From assembly GCF_036321535.1 (NCBI RefSeq), contig NC_087436.1:112904001-112968000 (forward strand): a DNA stretch of 64,000 nt, written 5' to 3'. A program made the position numbers and the translations under genes. Positions 27,022-39,866 of the stretch are shown here, piece by piece. A model generated the notes under the pieces. That model was not told where the DNA came from and searched no databases. It was given only the letters and a program-made list of their open reading frames with translations. This DNA comes from Camelus dromedarius. Taxonomy: Eukaryota. Each line of letters starts with the position of its first letter. The stretch's first letter is position 1.

Positions 27022-27515
27022 CAGGCATACCTCAGCAATATTGCAGGTTCGGTTCCAAACCACCGTAATAAAGTGAATATTGCAATACAGTGAGCAACAT
27101 GAATATTTTGGTTTGCCAGTGCATGTAAAGATTACATTTACACTATACTATAGTCTATTAAGTGCAATAGTATTATGTCTTAAAAAGCAATGTTCATACC
27201 TTAATTTAAAAATATTTTATTGCTAAAAAATGCTTACCATCATCTGAGCCTTCATTGATTCATAATAGTAACATCAGAGATAACTGAGCACAAATCACCA
27301 TAACATAATCATAATGAAAAAGCTTGAAATGCTGAGAGTTACCAAAATGTGACGCAAGACAAGAAGTCAGCAAGTGCTATTGGGAAGATGATGCCAGTAG
27401 ACTTGCTCAATGCAAGGTTGTCACAAACCTCCAGTTTGTAAAAAAAAAAAAAAAAAAAAAAAGCAAAATCTGTGAAGTGCAATAAAGCAAAGCACAATTA
27501 AATGAAGTATGCCTG
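27022..27515 (-). mobile_element. Internally deleted Tigger1 derivative (Tigger1a-like MITE, 494 bp)
   Basis: TA|CAGGCATACCTC...GAAGTATGCCTG|TG terminal inverted repeats; both halves are reverse complements of the ends of the 18654-21032 copy. Confidence 0.88.
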
Positions 27516-29869
27516 TGTTTGGAAAACGATGAAACTTTTGAATAGCTTCCTTGATCCAGTTGGCTCCTTTAAAGCTGTTTTCTGTCTTGAAAATCAGTAG
27601 CATGCTTCATTTTGATTGCTTTCAGCCATTGCTTATGATTTTTCATAGGCCACTGTTGATTTCAGTATAAAATTTCTTCCTTGCCTTTCTATCCTTTTGA
27701 AAAATAGGAATATAGCTATTTTGAAGTGTTTTAGGGAGTTTCAGTTTGGAATATTGCACCAAAGTCTCCATTTCTCTTTCCTCATATTTCTCCCTTTCAA
27801 AAAATTTAAAATTATATACTGAGAAAATGATAGTCAGATATGTTTTTACAAAGGCCACCAGTTCAAGCATTTCATCACAGGGACTGTGTCAGTTCAGGGC
27901 AATGGTAATGAGGCAGGGGACTGTGTCCTGGAGAAAGTCTCTACTTGGTGACTGGCAGATAAAAGCAGTAACCAATGTAAGTGGTGAAGAAAGGAAAGCA
28001 AAGAAAGGGCTCCAGGAATAGTAGTTAAAGCTGAAAATGTATTCAAGAGGAAAACCTGGTTAGAGGTTATTAGTGAGAGAAGAGTATCAAGCCATAGGAT
28101 CTCTTACGAGGGCATTTCTAGTATCTGATGGTATGAACTAGGAAATTTCATTTTGGCTCTGTAGTTAAGATGACTAACATTGTGTCTTATTTTAAGGGGA
28201 AATAATCTTAGGAAAAATGCCACTTCGTGAATTCTAAGCATTTGACACATTTACCTTTTCATGTTAAAATTGGAACAGATTTTAATTTTGATTAAATAAA
28301 GAATAGGCTGTGGTAATTCAATTTTATATTTAAATTGATTTTAAATTTTAATTATGGGAAATTTTAAAAACATAAACATAATAATACAATGAACCCTCAT
28401 GTATCATTGGCTTCAGCAGTTATAACCTGTGGCCAGTCTTTTTCTCATATAGCATTGCCCATTCCCATACCTGCTCCCCATTTTCCAGGTATCATATTAA
28501 TTTTACAAGTTATATTATCTGAAAGTAAGTGAAATTAGAAGCAACTGCAGTCCCAGTATGCTTGTAAAGTTCAGTAGTTTCTTTTCTTACTTAAAGATAC
28601 ATTATTATTTCCATAGTGAAATATGTGAACATTATACTTAATTGATTGCATAGCCTAAGAAATTTGCCTTTTATATTAATCTTATATATTGCCATTTCAG
28701 GAATACAAAGAAAAGTTAAATTCTGGGAAATGTGTGTTTTATGTGTTTAGTTGCAAGTAATTATTTTCTTGTGTTGATATTAGCATAGTTGCTGCCTTTT
28801 GCAATGGATTACTACTTTAAAAAACAAAACAAAGCTAATTTCACATTTTTTCTGAGTTAAAGTCTAGATATCATTTCAGGGTACTATGCTTTTTCAATTA
28901 TAATCCATTTGATATATTCTATAATGAAATTATATTTCATGTACTTTTGTGGTCCTTATCACAATTACAGGTATTTTGGTTCTAACTGATGAGTAAAGAA
29001 CTCATTAACTTTGTTCATGATGCAACCCTTCAGGGCTTCAATGTAGTCAAAACATCTTTTCCACATTTGCCTGCCTTTATGAAAACTGTGACTCATTCAG
29101 AGTACTCAATATTTGAATATGTGTCGTGATAACTCTTTGACATTTTCTAATTCTGAGCAATGTTCCCTGATGGATCTTTTAATCTAGTGTTTGGGTAGCA
29201 TACTGTGATTAGAATAAAACCTCAGTTATTCCACAGATACTTTATTACTTTTCTTTGTAATTAAATCACAATTTTATTATGTCTTAGATATGTTTATTTA
29301 ATTAGTCACTCATTATATTCTTAATTCTGCAAGATAATTTCATCTAGCCCTACCATATGATTTTTTTTGGGTACAGATGTTAAATAAAAATATGGCAGAC
29401 ATGTTAAGGCTATGTCTGCATAGTTTATTTTTAACATATTTTGAAGATAATATTTATTGTAATTGCTCAATACTGGATTCTTTAGCTTATTGGTTACAAA
29501 TAGGGTTGTTTTTGCCTTAATTATGTTTCTAGGAAGGATGTTCATGGTATAAGAAATCCATTGTTAAGTTAGCCTGGCAGTCTTGCTTCTGTGGGTTATC
29601 TCATTTCTTCTTGGATTTTTTATTTTGTAAGATTGTTGCCAAAAAAAATATTTCTTTTCCTTCTTTCTTTTCATTTAACTATAAAGTCAAGCTGCTATTG
29701 GTGATTTTTGTTTCCAAATAATTTTTTATACATTCATTGTGAGGTATTTTTACTTCTATAAGTGTATTACTAGTAAAAAAGAAAAATCAGTGTTTTACTT
29801 TTTTCATTAGCAAGATTATTTTTATGTGATAAGAAATTCCTCCTTTCACACTTTTCTGTTTTCATACAG

Positions 29870-29946
29870 GTCCTCATGCTGACACCGCCAGCGGATGCCA
29901 GAATTTGCAGTGTGGTTTTCGAGCCTGCTGCCGCTCTGGCGAATGA
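29870..29946 (+). CDS. FBXL5: FBXL5 exon 11 coding part ([25 protein letters not shown])
   Basis: atacag|GT...GAA TGA; recognisable FBXL5 C-terminus, stop at 29944-29946. Confidence 0.97.
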
Positions 29947-30000
29947 CCCTTGACTTCTGACCTTTGTCTACTTCATTTAGCTGAGCAGGCTTCCTTTCAT

Positions 30001-30008
30001 GCACTTTA
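30001..30008 (+). promoter_or_regulatory. miR-17/20/93/106 family 8mer seed match GCACTTTA in FBXL5 3' UTR
   Basis: Exact 8mer complement to seed AAAGUGC plus A, 55 nt after the stop codon. Confidence 0.55.
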
Positions 30009-30619
30009 CTTATAGCACATTTCTTGTGTTAACCATCCTTTTTTGAGTGTGACTTGTTTTGGCCCCATTTCTTACAGCCTCAAAAATCTTAATTTACTAG
30101 TGAATTGTACAGTGTTGTTTCTCTTGCAGATCATATTTTTGTTTTAGAAAGGGGCTAGGTTTTTTCATAGGGTGAGAACAGTTTCATCTGATTTCTTTTA
30201 AATTGAATACTTTGGGGGAAAAATGTCACTAATGCCATGCTATTTAAAGTATTTTTTAGATTACTTTGAGTTTTGAAGTCAATGGGGTTATTGGTTCTCT
30301 TTATAGGTAAACACTGTACCAAGCTTTGCAGATCTTTTCAGACATACATTTCTGAAGTTTTATTTTGGAAACCGGTCTCTTTTCCAAAGTATTTCCTTTA
30401 TTTGAACAATTCTCAGAGGGCCAATTCAGACATACCTACATATGATTCTTTAAGATTATAAAATAAATTGGCTTCTTGGTGTTAGCTCAGGGAGCTGGCA
30501 CAGCACCAGTGCATCTGCATTTGCTTTTTTCAAAGACCCCTGTTTCCCACCACAGTCCCTAAATTGTCACGTTTGGGAGGGGTTTTTAAAAGTTCCACAA
30601 TCATTTGAAGAAATGTATA

Positions 30620-30625
30620 AATAAA
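30620..30625 (+). terminator. FBXL5: FBXL5 polyadenylation signal AATAAA (a second AATAAA lies at 30462-30467)
   Basis: AATAAA with upstream TGTA and a downstream U/GU-rich tract (tttcttttgtgttttgattttgttgt, ~30652-30677). Confidence 0.8.
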
Positions 30626-32209
30626 ATCTACTTTGAGGACTTACCAAGTAATTTCTTTTGTGTTTTGATTTTGTTGTAAATCTCAATCCAGGGTTACTTT
30701 ACTGTGAAATAGAACTAAATATTTTGTCTTTTGAGCTTCCATGAAATCATGACCCTGACAGTTAGTTTTAGACGGATACCTAATTTTGTTGAGCTGAATT
30801 GTCTTTTTGAAATTAATTGTGCAGTAGTCAGAATTTAAACTTGTAAGTTTAGCTTTATTGCTGTGTGAAACAACAATTGGAATGGAGACCTATTATTCAG
30901 AAAGGCACGTGTTGAGTCAGTTTTATGTCATGCTGTGTATAATTTTACATCATGAAGAAGAGAACAATCTGCAGCATGTCTTCTGTTTTTATAAATACCT
31001 GCAAGGCTGTGGAAGAGGAGGTGGTCTTGTAATCTTGTTCTTTGTAGTCCCAGGTATTTTTTGTTTGTTTTATTGGGTGAGAGGAGTAGGAAAGATGTAA
31101 ACTACAGGTAGACAGATTTCAGTTCAGGCTTTATTTTACACAGTTTTCTAAAGGTAAATGAAGAATCATTTGATGGGAATATGAACAAGGAGAACACTCA
31201 GCTTTTAAACTTATTTTGAATGACATTTGAGTTAAACACTTCAAGGGAAGATCACCTTTAAGGGAGGACATCTAATGACTCTGAAATTTCACCTTCCTCT
31301 AAGGGTTCTCTCATTTTGATTCCATCGCTGTTAACATTTGCAAAATAAAAGATAGAACCCCGTAAGTTTCTTGAATGAGGGATAAGGTAGCTGTGTAAGC
31401 AGACCATCTTACCTTTTGAGTTTGTCTCTTAGCTCAAAGTCCTCGGGTCTTTTGTGACACCACTACACCTAGCTGTCTGCTTTAAAAGTCTGGCTTAAGC
31501 ACAAAGGAAAAAAGTCAAGACTTAGAGAAACTGAAAGGAAATTTGAGTTTAGTGAGCAGTTACAGGGTCAGAAGTAGGTCAGAAGTTATTTTGTAGGTTG
31601 ACTGTTTTGTGGTCACTGTATTTTTATTTCCTTAAGTATTTAATAAAGTTTATTTGAAAAACTGACATAAGGGACTATTTCAGGAAAGTAAGCTTAAATA
31701 AGTCTTCTGGAGTGAGTCCTATTCAACACCATACTTCATCTCTTAAGTATTTATATGAACTGCATGGTAAAATTACTCATCTGTAACCATGGTTCTGAGT
31801 CATCAAGGGAGGACTACAATTTATACCCCATGTAATCAGAAAACAGTGTAATATTTTGGGAGTAAAATTTTTGATCATACTTACAGACAAAAAAATCATG
31901 ATTAAATGATGTTTTGGGACTTAGCCTAAGTGTATTCATTATAAATTAATTAATTTGAGCAGTTGATTTCCCAGAGGTTCCAGGTAATTGAGGTGCCTCC
32001 CCACTTTTGCTCTGTCCTGTACTACTTGATGTTAGCAAACCATTTAATAGGATTGGCAATCTTGAACCAAACTGACTTCAATATGTGAGCACATTTCATG
32101 CGGAAACTGATTTTCTCCTCCCCCCCCCACCAGAAATTCCATGGGGAGATAGCATAATCTGCATTTAACTTTTAAATATTATTAGTATTTCTTTTCTTTT
32201 TTAAAAATT

Positions 32210-32431
32210 ACTCTTTTTTATTGAAGTGTGGTTGATTTAAAATGTTCATTTCAGGTGTACAGCAAAATGATACAGTTATACATATATATACATACATATA
32301 TATATGTTCAGTTTCTTTTCCATTACGGCTCATTACAAGAAATTGAATGTTGTTCCCTATGGTATACAGTAGGTCCTTGCTGCTTATCCACGTCACATAC
32401 AGTAATGCATATCCATCAATCCCAAACTCCC
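32210..32431 (-). mobile_element. L1 extreme 3'-end fragment
   Basis: ttttattgaagtgtggttgattt...caggtgtacagcaaaatgatacagttatac...cccaaactcc. Confidence 0.75.
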
Positions 32432-32487
32432 TTATTGCTCTTCTACTATTAAGGGGGCAGTTAATACTTTAAATTTTTTAAAAATTC

Positions 32488-35206
32488 ATTTTTCATTGAA
32501 ATATAGTTGACATACATTGTGTTAATTTCAAGTATATTGCATAATTATTTGATATTTGCATACATTATGAAATGGTCATACATCTGCGATACATCTGGTA
32601 ATCATCTGTACCCATATAAAGTTCTTACTGTATTACTGACCATATTCTTTATGCTGTATATTATGTCCTTCTGATTTTATATAACAGGGTTTGTACCTTT
32701 TAATCCTCTTCACCTATTTCCCCCACTCCCCCATGCCCCTCCCTTGTGGCAGCCACTGGTTTTCTGTATCTGTGCTTTTGTCTTGTATTTTAAATTCCAC
32801 ATATAAGTGAAATCATGTATTTGTCTTTCTCTGCCTTATTTCACTTAACATAATATCCTTTAGACCATCCATGTTCTTGAGTGGCAAGATGTCTTTTTTT
32901 AATGGCTGAGTAATGTGTGTGTGTGTGTATCTCACACCTTTTTCTTTCCGTAGACACTTAGGTTGCTTCCATATAACGGCTGGGTTGTAAGTAATGTAGC
33001 AGTGAACACTGGAGTGCATGTAACTTTTCGACTTAGTGTTTTTGTTTTCTTCAGATATACTCAGAAGGGAAATTGTTGGGTAATACGGCATTCTACTTTA
33101 AAATTTTTGAGGAACCTCCATACTGTTTTCCATAGGGGCTGCCTCAACTTACAGTCCCATCTACAGCTCACAAGGGTTCCCTTTTCTCCACATGTCACCA
33201 GCACTTGTTATTTGTTGGCTTTTGGTTGATAGCCATTCTGATAGGTGTGAGATGGTATCTCACGGTGGTTTTGATTTGCATTTCCCTGGTTATTGTGATG
33301 TTGAGCATCTTTTCATGTGTCTGTTGGCCATCTGTATGTTTTTGGAAGAATATTCAGATCCTTTGTCCATTTTTTAATCTGTTGGTTTGTTTTTTTTGAT
33401 GTCAAGTTGTATGAGTTCTTTGTGTATTTTGAATATTAACCCTTTGTCAGATAAATCATTTACAAATATCTTCTCCCATTCAATAGGCTGCCTTTTTGTT
33501 TTGAGAGTTTTTAATTTTTGCTGTACAAAAGCTTTTTAGTTTGATGTAGTCCTATTTGCTTGTTTTTGCTTTTGTTGCCCTTACCTGAAAAGACATATCC
33601 AAACTATTGCTAAGACCAGTGTCAAAGAGCATACTCTCTGTTTTATTCTGGGAGTTTTATGGTTTCAGATCTTACAGTTAAGTCTTTAATCCATTTTGAG
33701 TTTATTTTTGTATGTGGTGTGAGAAAGTAGTCCAATTTGATTCTTTTGCATGTTGCTGTCCAGTTTTCCCAGTTCCATTTCCCCATTATATATTCTTACC
33801 TCCTTTCTTATAGATTAATTGGTCATAAGTGTGGATTTACTTCTGGACTCTCTATTCTGTTCTATTGATATATCTATTTGTTTATATGTGCCAGCACCAT
33901 ACCATGTTAATTACTGTAGTTTTGTAGTATAGTTAGAAATCAGGGAGCATGATACTTCCGGCTTTGTTTTTCTTTTTCAAGATCATTTTGGCTATTCAGG
34001 GTCTTCTGTGTTTCCATTCAATTTTAGAATTATTTATTCTAGTTCTGTGACAGATTGCATTGGTATTTTGACAGGGATTACATTGAATCTGTAGATTGTC
34101 TTGATTAGTATGATCATTTTAACAATATTATTTCTTCAGTCTGTGAGCATGGTATGTCTTCCCATTTGCTTATGAAGTCTTCAGTTTCTTTAATCAGTGT
34201 CTTGACTTTTTTGAGTACAAATCTTTTATCTCTTTGGCTAAGTTTATTCCTAGATCTTTTATTCTTTTTGATGCAGTTGTAAATGGGATTGTTTTCTTAA
34301 TTTATCTTTCTGATAGTTGGTTGTTACTGTATAGAAATGCAGCAGATTTCCATGCAGTCAGCCCTCGGTAAAGTGGGTTCTGCATCCACAGCATTCAACC
34401 AAATACAGGTGGAAAATACTCCACAGTCTCTGGTTGGTTGAGTCTGTGGATACTGAGCAGATAAGGAGGATCAGCTGTAAGGGACTCAAGAATCTGCAGA
34501 CTTAGGTTTCCACAGGGGGTCCTGGAACCAATCCCCTGCATATACTGAGGAATGACTATATACTAATTTTGAATTCTGCACTTTTATTGAATTCATTTAT
34601 TAATTTGGATAGTATTTTGGTGGTGTCTTCAGGATTTTCTGTATATTGTATCATGTCATCTGCAAGCAGTGACAGTTTTATGTTTTCCTTTCCAATTTGG
34701 TTGCTTTTTATTCTTTTTTCTTGTCTGATTGCTGTGGCTAGGACTTCCAGTAATATGTTTAAAGTGGCATATGAGTGAAAGTTTCGTATGAATGAAAGTG
34801 GCAAGAGTAGGCATCCTTGTCTGGTTCCTGATCTTAGAGGAAAAACTTTCAGCTTTTCACTTTTGAGTGTGATGTTGGCTGTGGATTTGTCATATTTGGC
34901 CTTTATTATGTTGAGGTATGTTCCCTCTGTACTTAACTGTGTTGAGAGTTTTTTTGATAAATGGATGTTGAATTTTTTCAAAAACCTTTTCTGCTTCTCT
35001 TGAGATGATCATGTGGTTTTTATTACTCTGTTTGTTAAGGTGGTATAACACTTTCATTGATTTGCAGATACTGAATCATCCGTGCATCCCTGGGATAAAT
35101 TCCACTTGATCATGGTGTATGATCCTTTTAAAGATTGTTGAATTTGGTTTGCTTATATTTTATTGAGGATTTTTTTGCATCTATGTTCATCAGTGATACT
35201 GGTCTT

Positions 35207-35242
<36 letters not shown>

Positions 35243-38190
35243 AGTATCTTTGGTTTTGGTATCAGGGTGATTCTGTCCTCATTGAATGAGTTAGGAAGGG
35301 TTTCTTTCTCTTCAGTTTTTTGGAATAGTTTGATGATAGATGCTAATTTCTCTTCATATATTTGGTAGAGTTCACCAATGAAGCTGTCTGATCCTGGACT
35401 TCAGTTTATTAGGAGTGTTTTGATTACTGATTCAATTTCATACTGGGTAATTTGTCTTTTCATATTTTCTGTTTCTTCCTAATGTAGTCTAGGAAGGTTG
35501 TACATTTCTAGGAATTTATTCATTTCTTGTAGGTTGTCTGTTTTATTGGCATATAACTGCTCATAATAATCTCTTATGATTCTTTGTATTTCTGTAGTGT
35601 TGGTTGTAACATCTCATCTTTCATTTTTTATTTTATTTATTTGAGCCCTCTCTTTTTTTTTTCCACCTGGGTGAGTCTAGCTAAAGGTTTATCAATTTTG
35701 TTTATCTTTTCAAAGAATCAGCTCTTAGTTTCATTAGTCTTTTCTATTTTTTTTTTTTTATAATTTATGTCTCATTAATTTCTGCTGTGATCTTTTTCTT
35801 TCCTTCTACTAACTTTGGTGTTTTTTTATTCTTTTTCTAGTTCCTCTAGGTATAAGGTTAGATTTGTATTTGCTTTTTTGTTTGTTTCCTTATAACATTC
35901 TCTCAAGAAATGCTTTTACTGCATTCCATAGATATTGGATCATTGTGTTTCCATTTTCATTTGTCTCCAGGTATTTAAAAAAATTTTGATTTCAGTGATC
36001 TTTTGGGTGTTTAGTAGTATATTGTTTAGCCTCCATGTGTTTGTGGGGTTTTGTTTTTGTTTTGTTTTGTTTTTTTTGGTAATTGATTTCTAGTTTTATA
36101 GCTTTGTAATTGGAAAAGATACTTGGTATGATCTCAGTCTTCTTAAATTTACTGAGATTTGTTTTGTGGCCTAGCATGTGATCTATCCTGAAGAATGTGC
36201 CATATGCACTTGAAAGTAATGTATGTTGTGCTGCTTTTAGATGGAATTTTCTGTACGTATCTGTTAAGGCCATCTGTTCTAATGTGTCCTTTAAGGCCAG
36301 TGTTTCTTTATTGATTTTCTGTCTGGATGATAGTGACCCTTTTTCACTTAGATAAGTTCCTTTAACATTTCTTGTAAAGTTGATTTAGTGATGCTGAACT
36401 CTTAGCTTTTACATGTCTGAAACTCTTTATCTCTCCTTCATATAGCCTTGCCAGATAACGTATCCTTGGTTTTAGATTTTTTCCTTTCATCCCTTTGCAT
36501 ATATTGACCTGCATTGTTTCTGCTAAAAAGTCTGGTGATTGTCTTAGGGTAGTTCCCTTGTATGTATCTAGTTGCTCTTCTCTTGCTGCTTTAATATTTT
36601 CTTTTTATCTTTAACTTCTGCCATTTTAATTGTAATATGTCTTAGTGTGGACCTCTTTGGACTCTCTGTGCTTGCTGAGTCTAGATGTGTTTCTTTTCCC
36701 AGGTTAGGGAGGTTTTTAGCTGTTATTTCTTCAAATAAATTATCTGCCCCTTTCTCCTCCTCCTGGAACCCCTGTAATGCAATTGTTAGTAGACTTGATG
36801 TTATGTCAGAGGTTCTTAAACTTCCCTCACTTTCTAAAATTCTTTTTTTGTTCAGCTTTGGTACTTTCCACTACTCTGTCTTCCAGTTCGCTGACTATTC
36901 TTCTGTATTATCTAATGTACTGTTGATTCCTTCTAGTTAATTTTTATTTTAGTTATTGTGTTTTTCAGCTGTTTGTTTTTTTCTTTACATTTTCTAGTAT
37001 TTGTTAAACTTCTCACTGTGTTCATACATTCTTCTGAGTTCGTTGAGCATCTTACATCATTATCTTGACTTCTTTATGGGTTAGATTGCTTATTTCCATT
37101 TTGTGTAGTTCTTCTAGGGTTTTGATGTTTTTCCTCATTTGAAACATATTCCTCCACATTTGGCCTAATTCTCTATTTATTTCTGTATACCTGGTAAGCC
37201 GGTTTCCCTTCCAAGGTTGGAAAAGAGGACTTACATTGGGAGACATCCTGTGGGGCCCAGCAGCACCTTCCATCAGCTCACTAGTGCTGTATGTTTTAGG
37301 GTTGTTCCCTCTGTGAGCTGTGTGGGCCCCTCTGCTGTGGTAGGGCTGACTACCGTGGGTGTACTTGTCAGTGGGGCTGGCCCCTGGCCCATTTGGCTGC
37401 CAGGGCCTGCTTTGTACGATGGCTGCTAGAGCACTGTTGGTGGGGCTGAGTCCTCCTGTGGCAGGCTGCATGTCCCAGGGCATTCTGGGGCTGGTGCTTG
37501 CCCCCTGGTTTTGGGGCTGGGGTCCTGGCTTTCAGGGCTAGGGGACCTGGTGCTGATAGTGGTCCACTGGTGAGCTGTTAAGCCTTTTGAACTAGTAGAC
37601 TAAAGGGAGGACCACAAAATGGCGCTTGCCAGCACTAGTGTCCTTGTGGTAGAATGAGCTCCCCTAGCCTGGCATCACCAGCATGTATGTCCCCAGGGGG
37701 AGTCCTAGTTGCCCTCTGCCCCTCCAGGAGGCTCTCCACGATCAGCAAGTGGGTCTGACCCAGACTTCTTTCAAATTACCGCCCCTCACTGGGGCTTGGA
37801 GCAAGTGAGGTTTTGCATGCACCTTTTAAGAGTGAAATCTGTTTCCTGCAGCCCACTCTGTCTCACATATGCAAGCCCCACTGGCCTTCAAAACCAGACC
37901 TTCTAGGGGTTTGTCTTACAGATGTGGAACTCCTGGAGCCCAGTGCAAGACTTGGACCCCTTGCTTCTTGGGGAGAACCCATGCAATTGATGTTATCCTT
38001 CTGTTTGTGGGTTGCCTACCCAGGGAGTAGGTCTTGAGTCTACTGTGTCTGTCCCTATTACCCATCTTATTATGGTTCCTTGGTTATATCCTTAGTTGTT
38101 GAAAATCTTTTCTGCTAGTCTTCAGATTGCTCTCATAGATGGTTGTTATCTTTATGAGCCTGTGGATTAGGTGAGCTCAGGGTCTTCCTA
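32488..38190 (-). mobile_element. Long decayed L1 with 3' UTR, ORF2 (RT and endonuclease remnants), ORF1 and GC-rich 5' UTR; internal deletions
   Basis: ORF 34556..34981 (SGTRQGCLL...LADDMI, RT); ORF 35992..36273 (IDHMLGHK, endonuclease); GC-rich 37200-38190. Confidence 0.9.
34355..34558. mobile_element. MER2/MER2B-like TcMar MITE nested in L1 ORF2
   Basis: cagtcagccctc...gggggtcctggaaccaatcccctgcatatactgaggaatgacta|TA; L1 sequence resumes colinearly on both sides. Confidence 0.8.
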
Positions 38191-38783
38191 TTCATATGTT
38201 GCTTGATAAAACATTGTTACTTGATTTAAATTTATCTTGGTTTTGTGATTGATTTTGTGAAATACTAAAACTTTATTTTAAGAATAAAAGGCCACAGTTA
38301 TGTCAAATGCCTTGTGGTACCTGACAAACTAGGTGCCACATACTGGGCAGTGTTGTAAGTACTTTATATACACTGACTTTTAAAATTAGGACAGCAATGT
38401 GATGAAGTCGATAACAGGACCACTCTGATCTTATATACGGGGAAGTTAAGTAACAGGTTAAGTAACTTGCCGATGGATTACCCAGCTAGTGATTGGCAGA
38501 ACTAGTATTTCTCCAAAGCTCATGCCCTTAACCACTAAGCTATCCTGTCTCTATAATGGTATATTGGTAATGACTCTTTTGGGTCAGACCTTGAAATTCC
38601 TTTGAAGAGTTCACAGTAGAGGTGTCAGAGTCATGTAAACACATAATCATAATATAATTTGATAGAGAAGGGCATAAAAGAATAAAGCAAAAGTTGAAAG
38701 TTTTTCCTTAACTTGGTCCCCCTGTCTTTACGTTTTGTTTTTGTTTTATTTTGCTTTTTTAAGTGAGACTATTCCAGCTACAT

Positions 38784-38993
38784 CAGTGGTTCTCAGCTGG
38801 AGGCAGTTCATCCGATAGAGGACATCTGGCAATATCTGACAGCACATTTGGTTGTCAGCACTTGGCAGAGGGGAAGAATGCAGCGGGCAGCTAGTGGGTA
38901 GAGTCCAGGGACGCTGCTCAGCATCCCACAGAGCCCCACATGACAAGTGATTACTTGGAACAGCGTCAGTAGTGCTGCTGTTGAGGGAGCCTG
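38784..38993 (+). mobile_element. MER20
   Basis: cagtggttctca...ggacatctggcaatatctg...ctagtgggtagagtccagggacgctgct. Confidence 0.75.
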
Positions 38994-39064
38994 TGTTACA
39001 TATTTCTATTTTTGCACATGTCTCCATGTCACACATTTAATCCCTTTTAATATTATCTGACTTT

Positions 39065-39425
39065 GTCTGGCTTAGTCACTTTGGGCTGCTAAGACAGATT
39101 ACCATAGGCTGGATGGCTTAAACAGCAAGCATTCATTTCTCACAGTTCTGGAGGCTGAAAAAGTCCAGAGTCAGGATGCCAGCAGGTCTGGTGTCGCGTG
39201 AGAATTCTCTCTGGTTTGCAGACAGCTGTCTTCTCGTTGTGTCCACACATGGCCTGGAGAGGAAGTGTGCTCTCGTGTCTCTTCTTAGAGGGCACTCGTC
39301 CCATCATGAGGGCTCCGTCCTTATGACCTAATTACTCCCTAATGACCTGTCTCTAGTACCATTGCCTAGGGATTATGGTTTCAACATACGAATTTGGCGA
39401 GGTGGGGGACACATTCAGTCCAGAG
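39065..39425. mobile_element. MaLR solo LTR (MLT1A-like)
   Basis: gggctgctaagacagattaccataggctggatggcttaaac...ttctcacagttctggaggctg...acattcagtcca. Confidence 0.8.
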
Positions 39426-39860
39426 AAATGTCTTAATTTTTAAAACTACTTCCCTTTTGATGAATATTTAAAATACTCTGTTGCTTCAATTGGTGCATGT
39501 GTGTGTATGTGGGGGCACGTGTGTACATGTGTGTGCTTGCTCAGTATTCTTGAAGGATAAGGTCTTAGGGAGGAATTCAGTTGTTAAAAATACACATTTT
39601 ATATTGCAAAGTTATTTCTCCTTCCCCCAGAGAAGTTGTATCTTTTACTAGGTCTTAAAAATACGATTGATACTCTGCCGTACAGGCAAAAAAGAAGAGT
39701 ATTCCAAGTAGAAAGTGAGCAAATACAGACCCAGGTGGACGTTCGCAGGGTAAGGGCCAGCTCTAGGTAGTCACAATTGACTTTAGGCTCAGAGTGGCAG
39801 AGACGAGGCCGACTACTAAATAAAAACACTTATTTTGCACATTTGGAAAATAATGCTAAT

Positions 39861-39866
39861 TTTATT
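39861..39866 (-). terminator. CC2D2A: CC2D2A polyadenylation signal AATAAA (short 3' UTR)
   Basis: + strand TTTATT, 105 nt beyond the stop codon. Confidence 0.7.

Larger units (their letters stand above)
29947..30650 (+). other. FBXL5: FBXL5 3' UTR (approx.)
   Basis: Repeat-free AT-rich stretch from the stop codon to just past AATAAA at 30620; the end position is estimated. Confidence 0.75.

Noticed and set aside
30104..30520. Possible iron-responsive elements (CAGUGN loops at 30110 and 30507) in the FBXL5 3' UTR
   Set aside because: Flanks do not form the 5-bp upper stem (ttgta/tgttt; agcac/atctg), and the first lacks the bulged C
36572..38037. Cluster of ORFs up to 143 aa suggesting an intergenic gene
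   Set aside because: They lie in L1 ORF1 and the GC-rich 5' UTR, where stops are rare; no exon structure or recognisable domain
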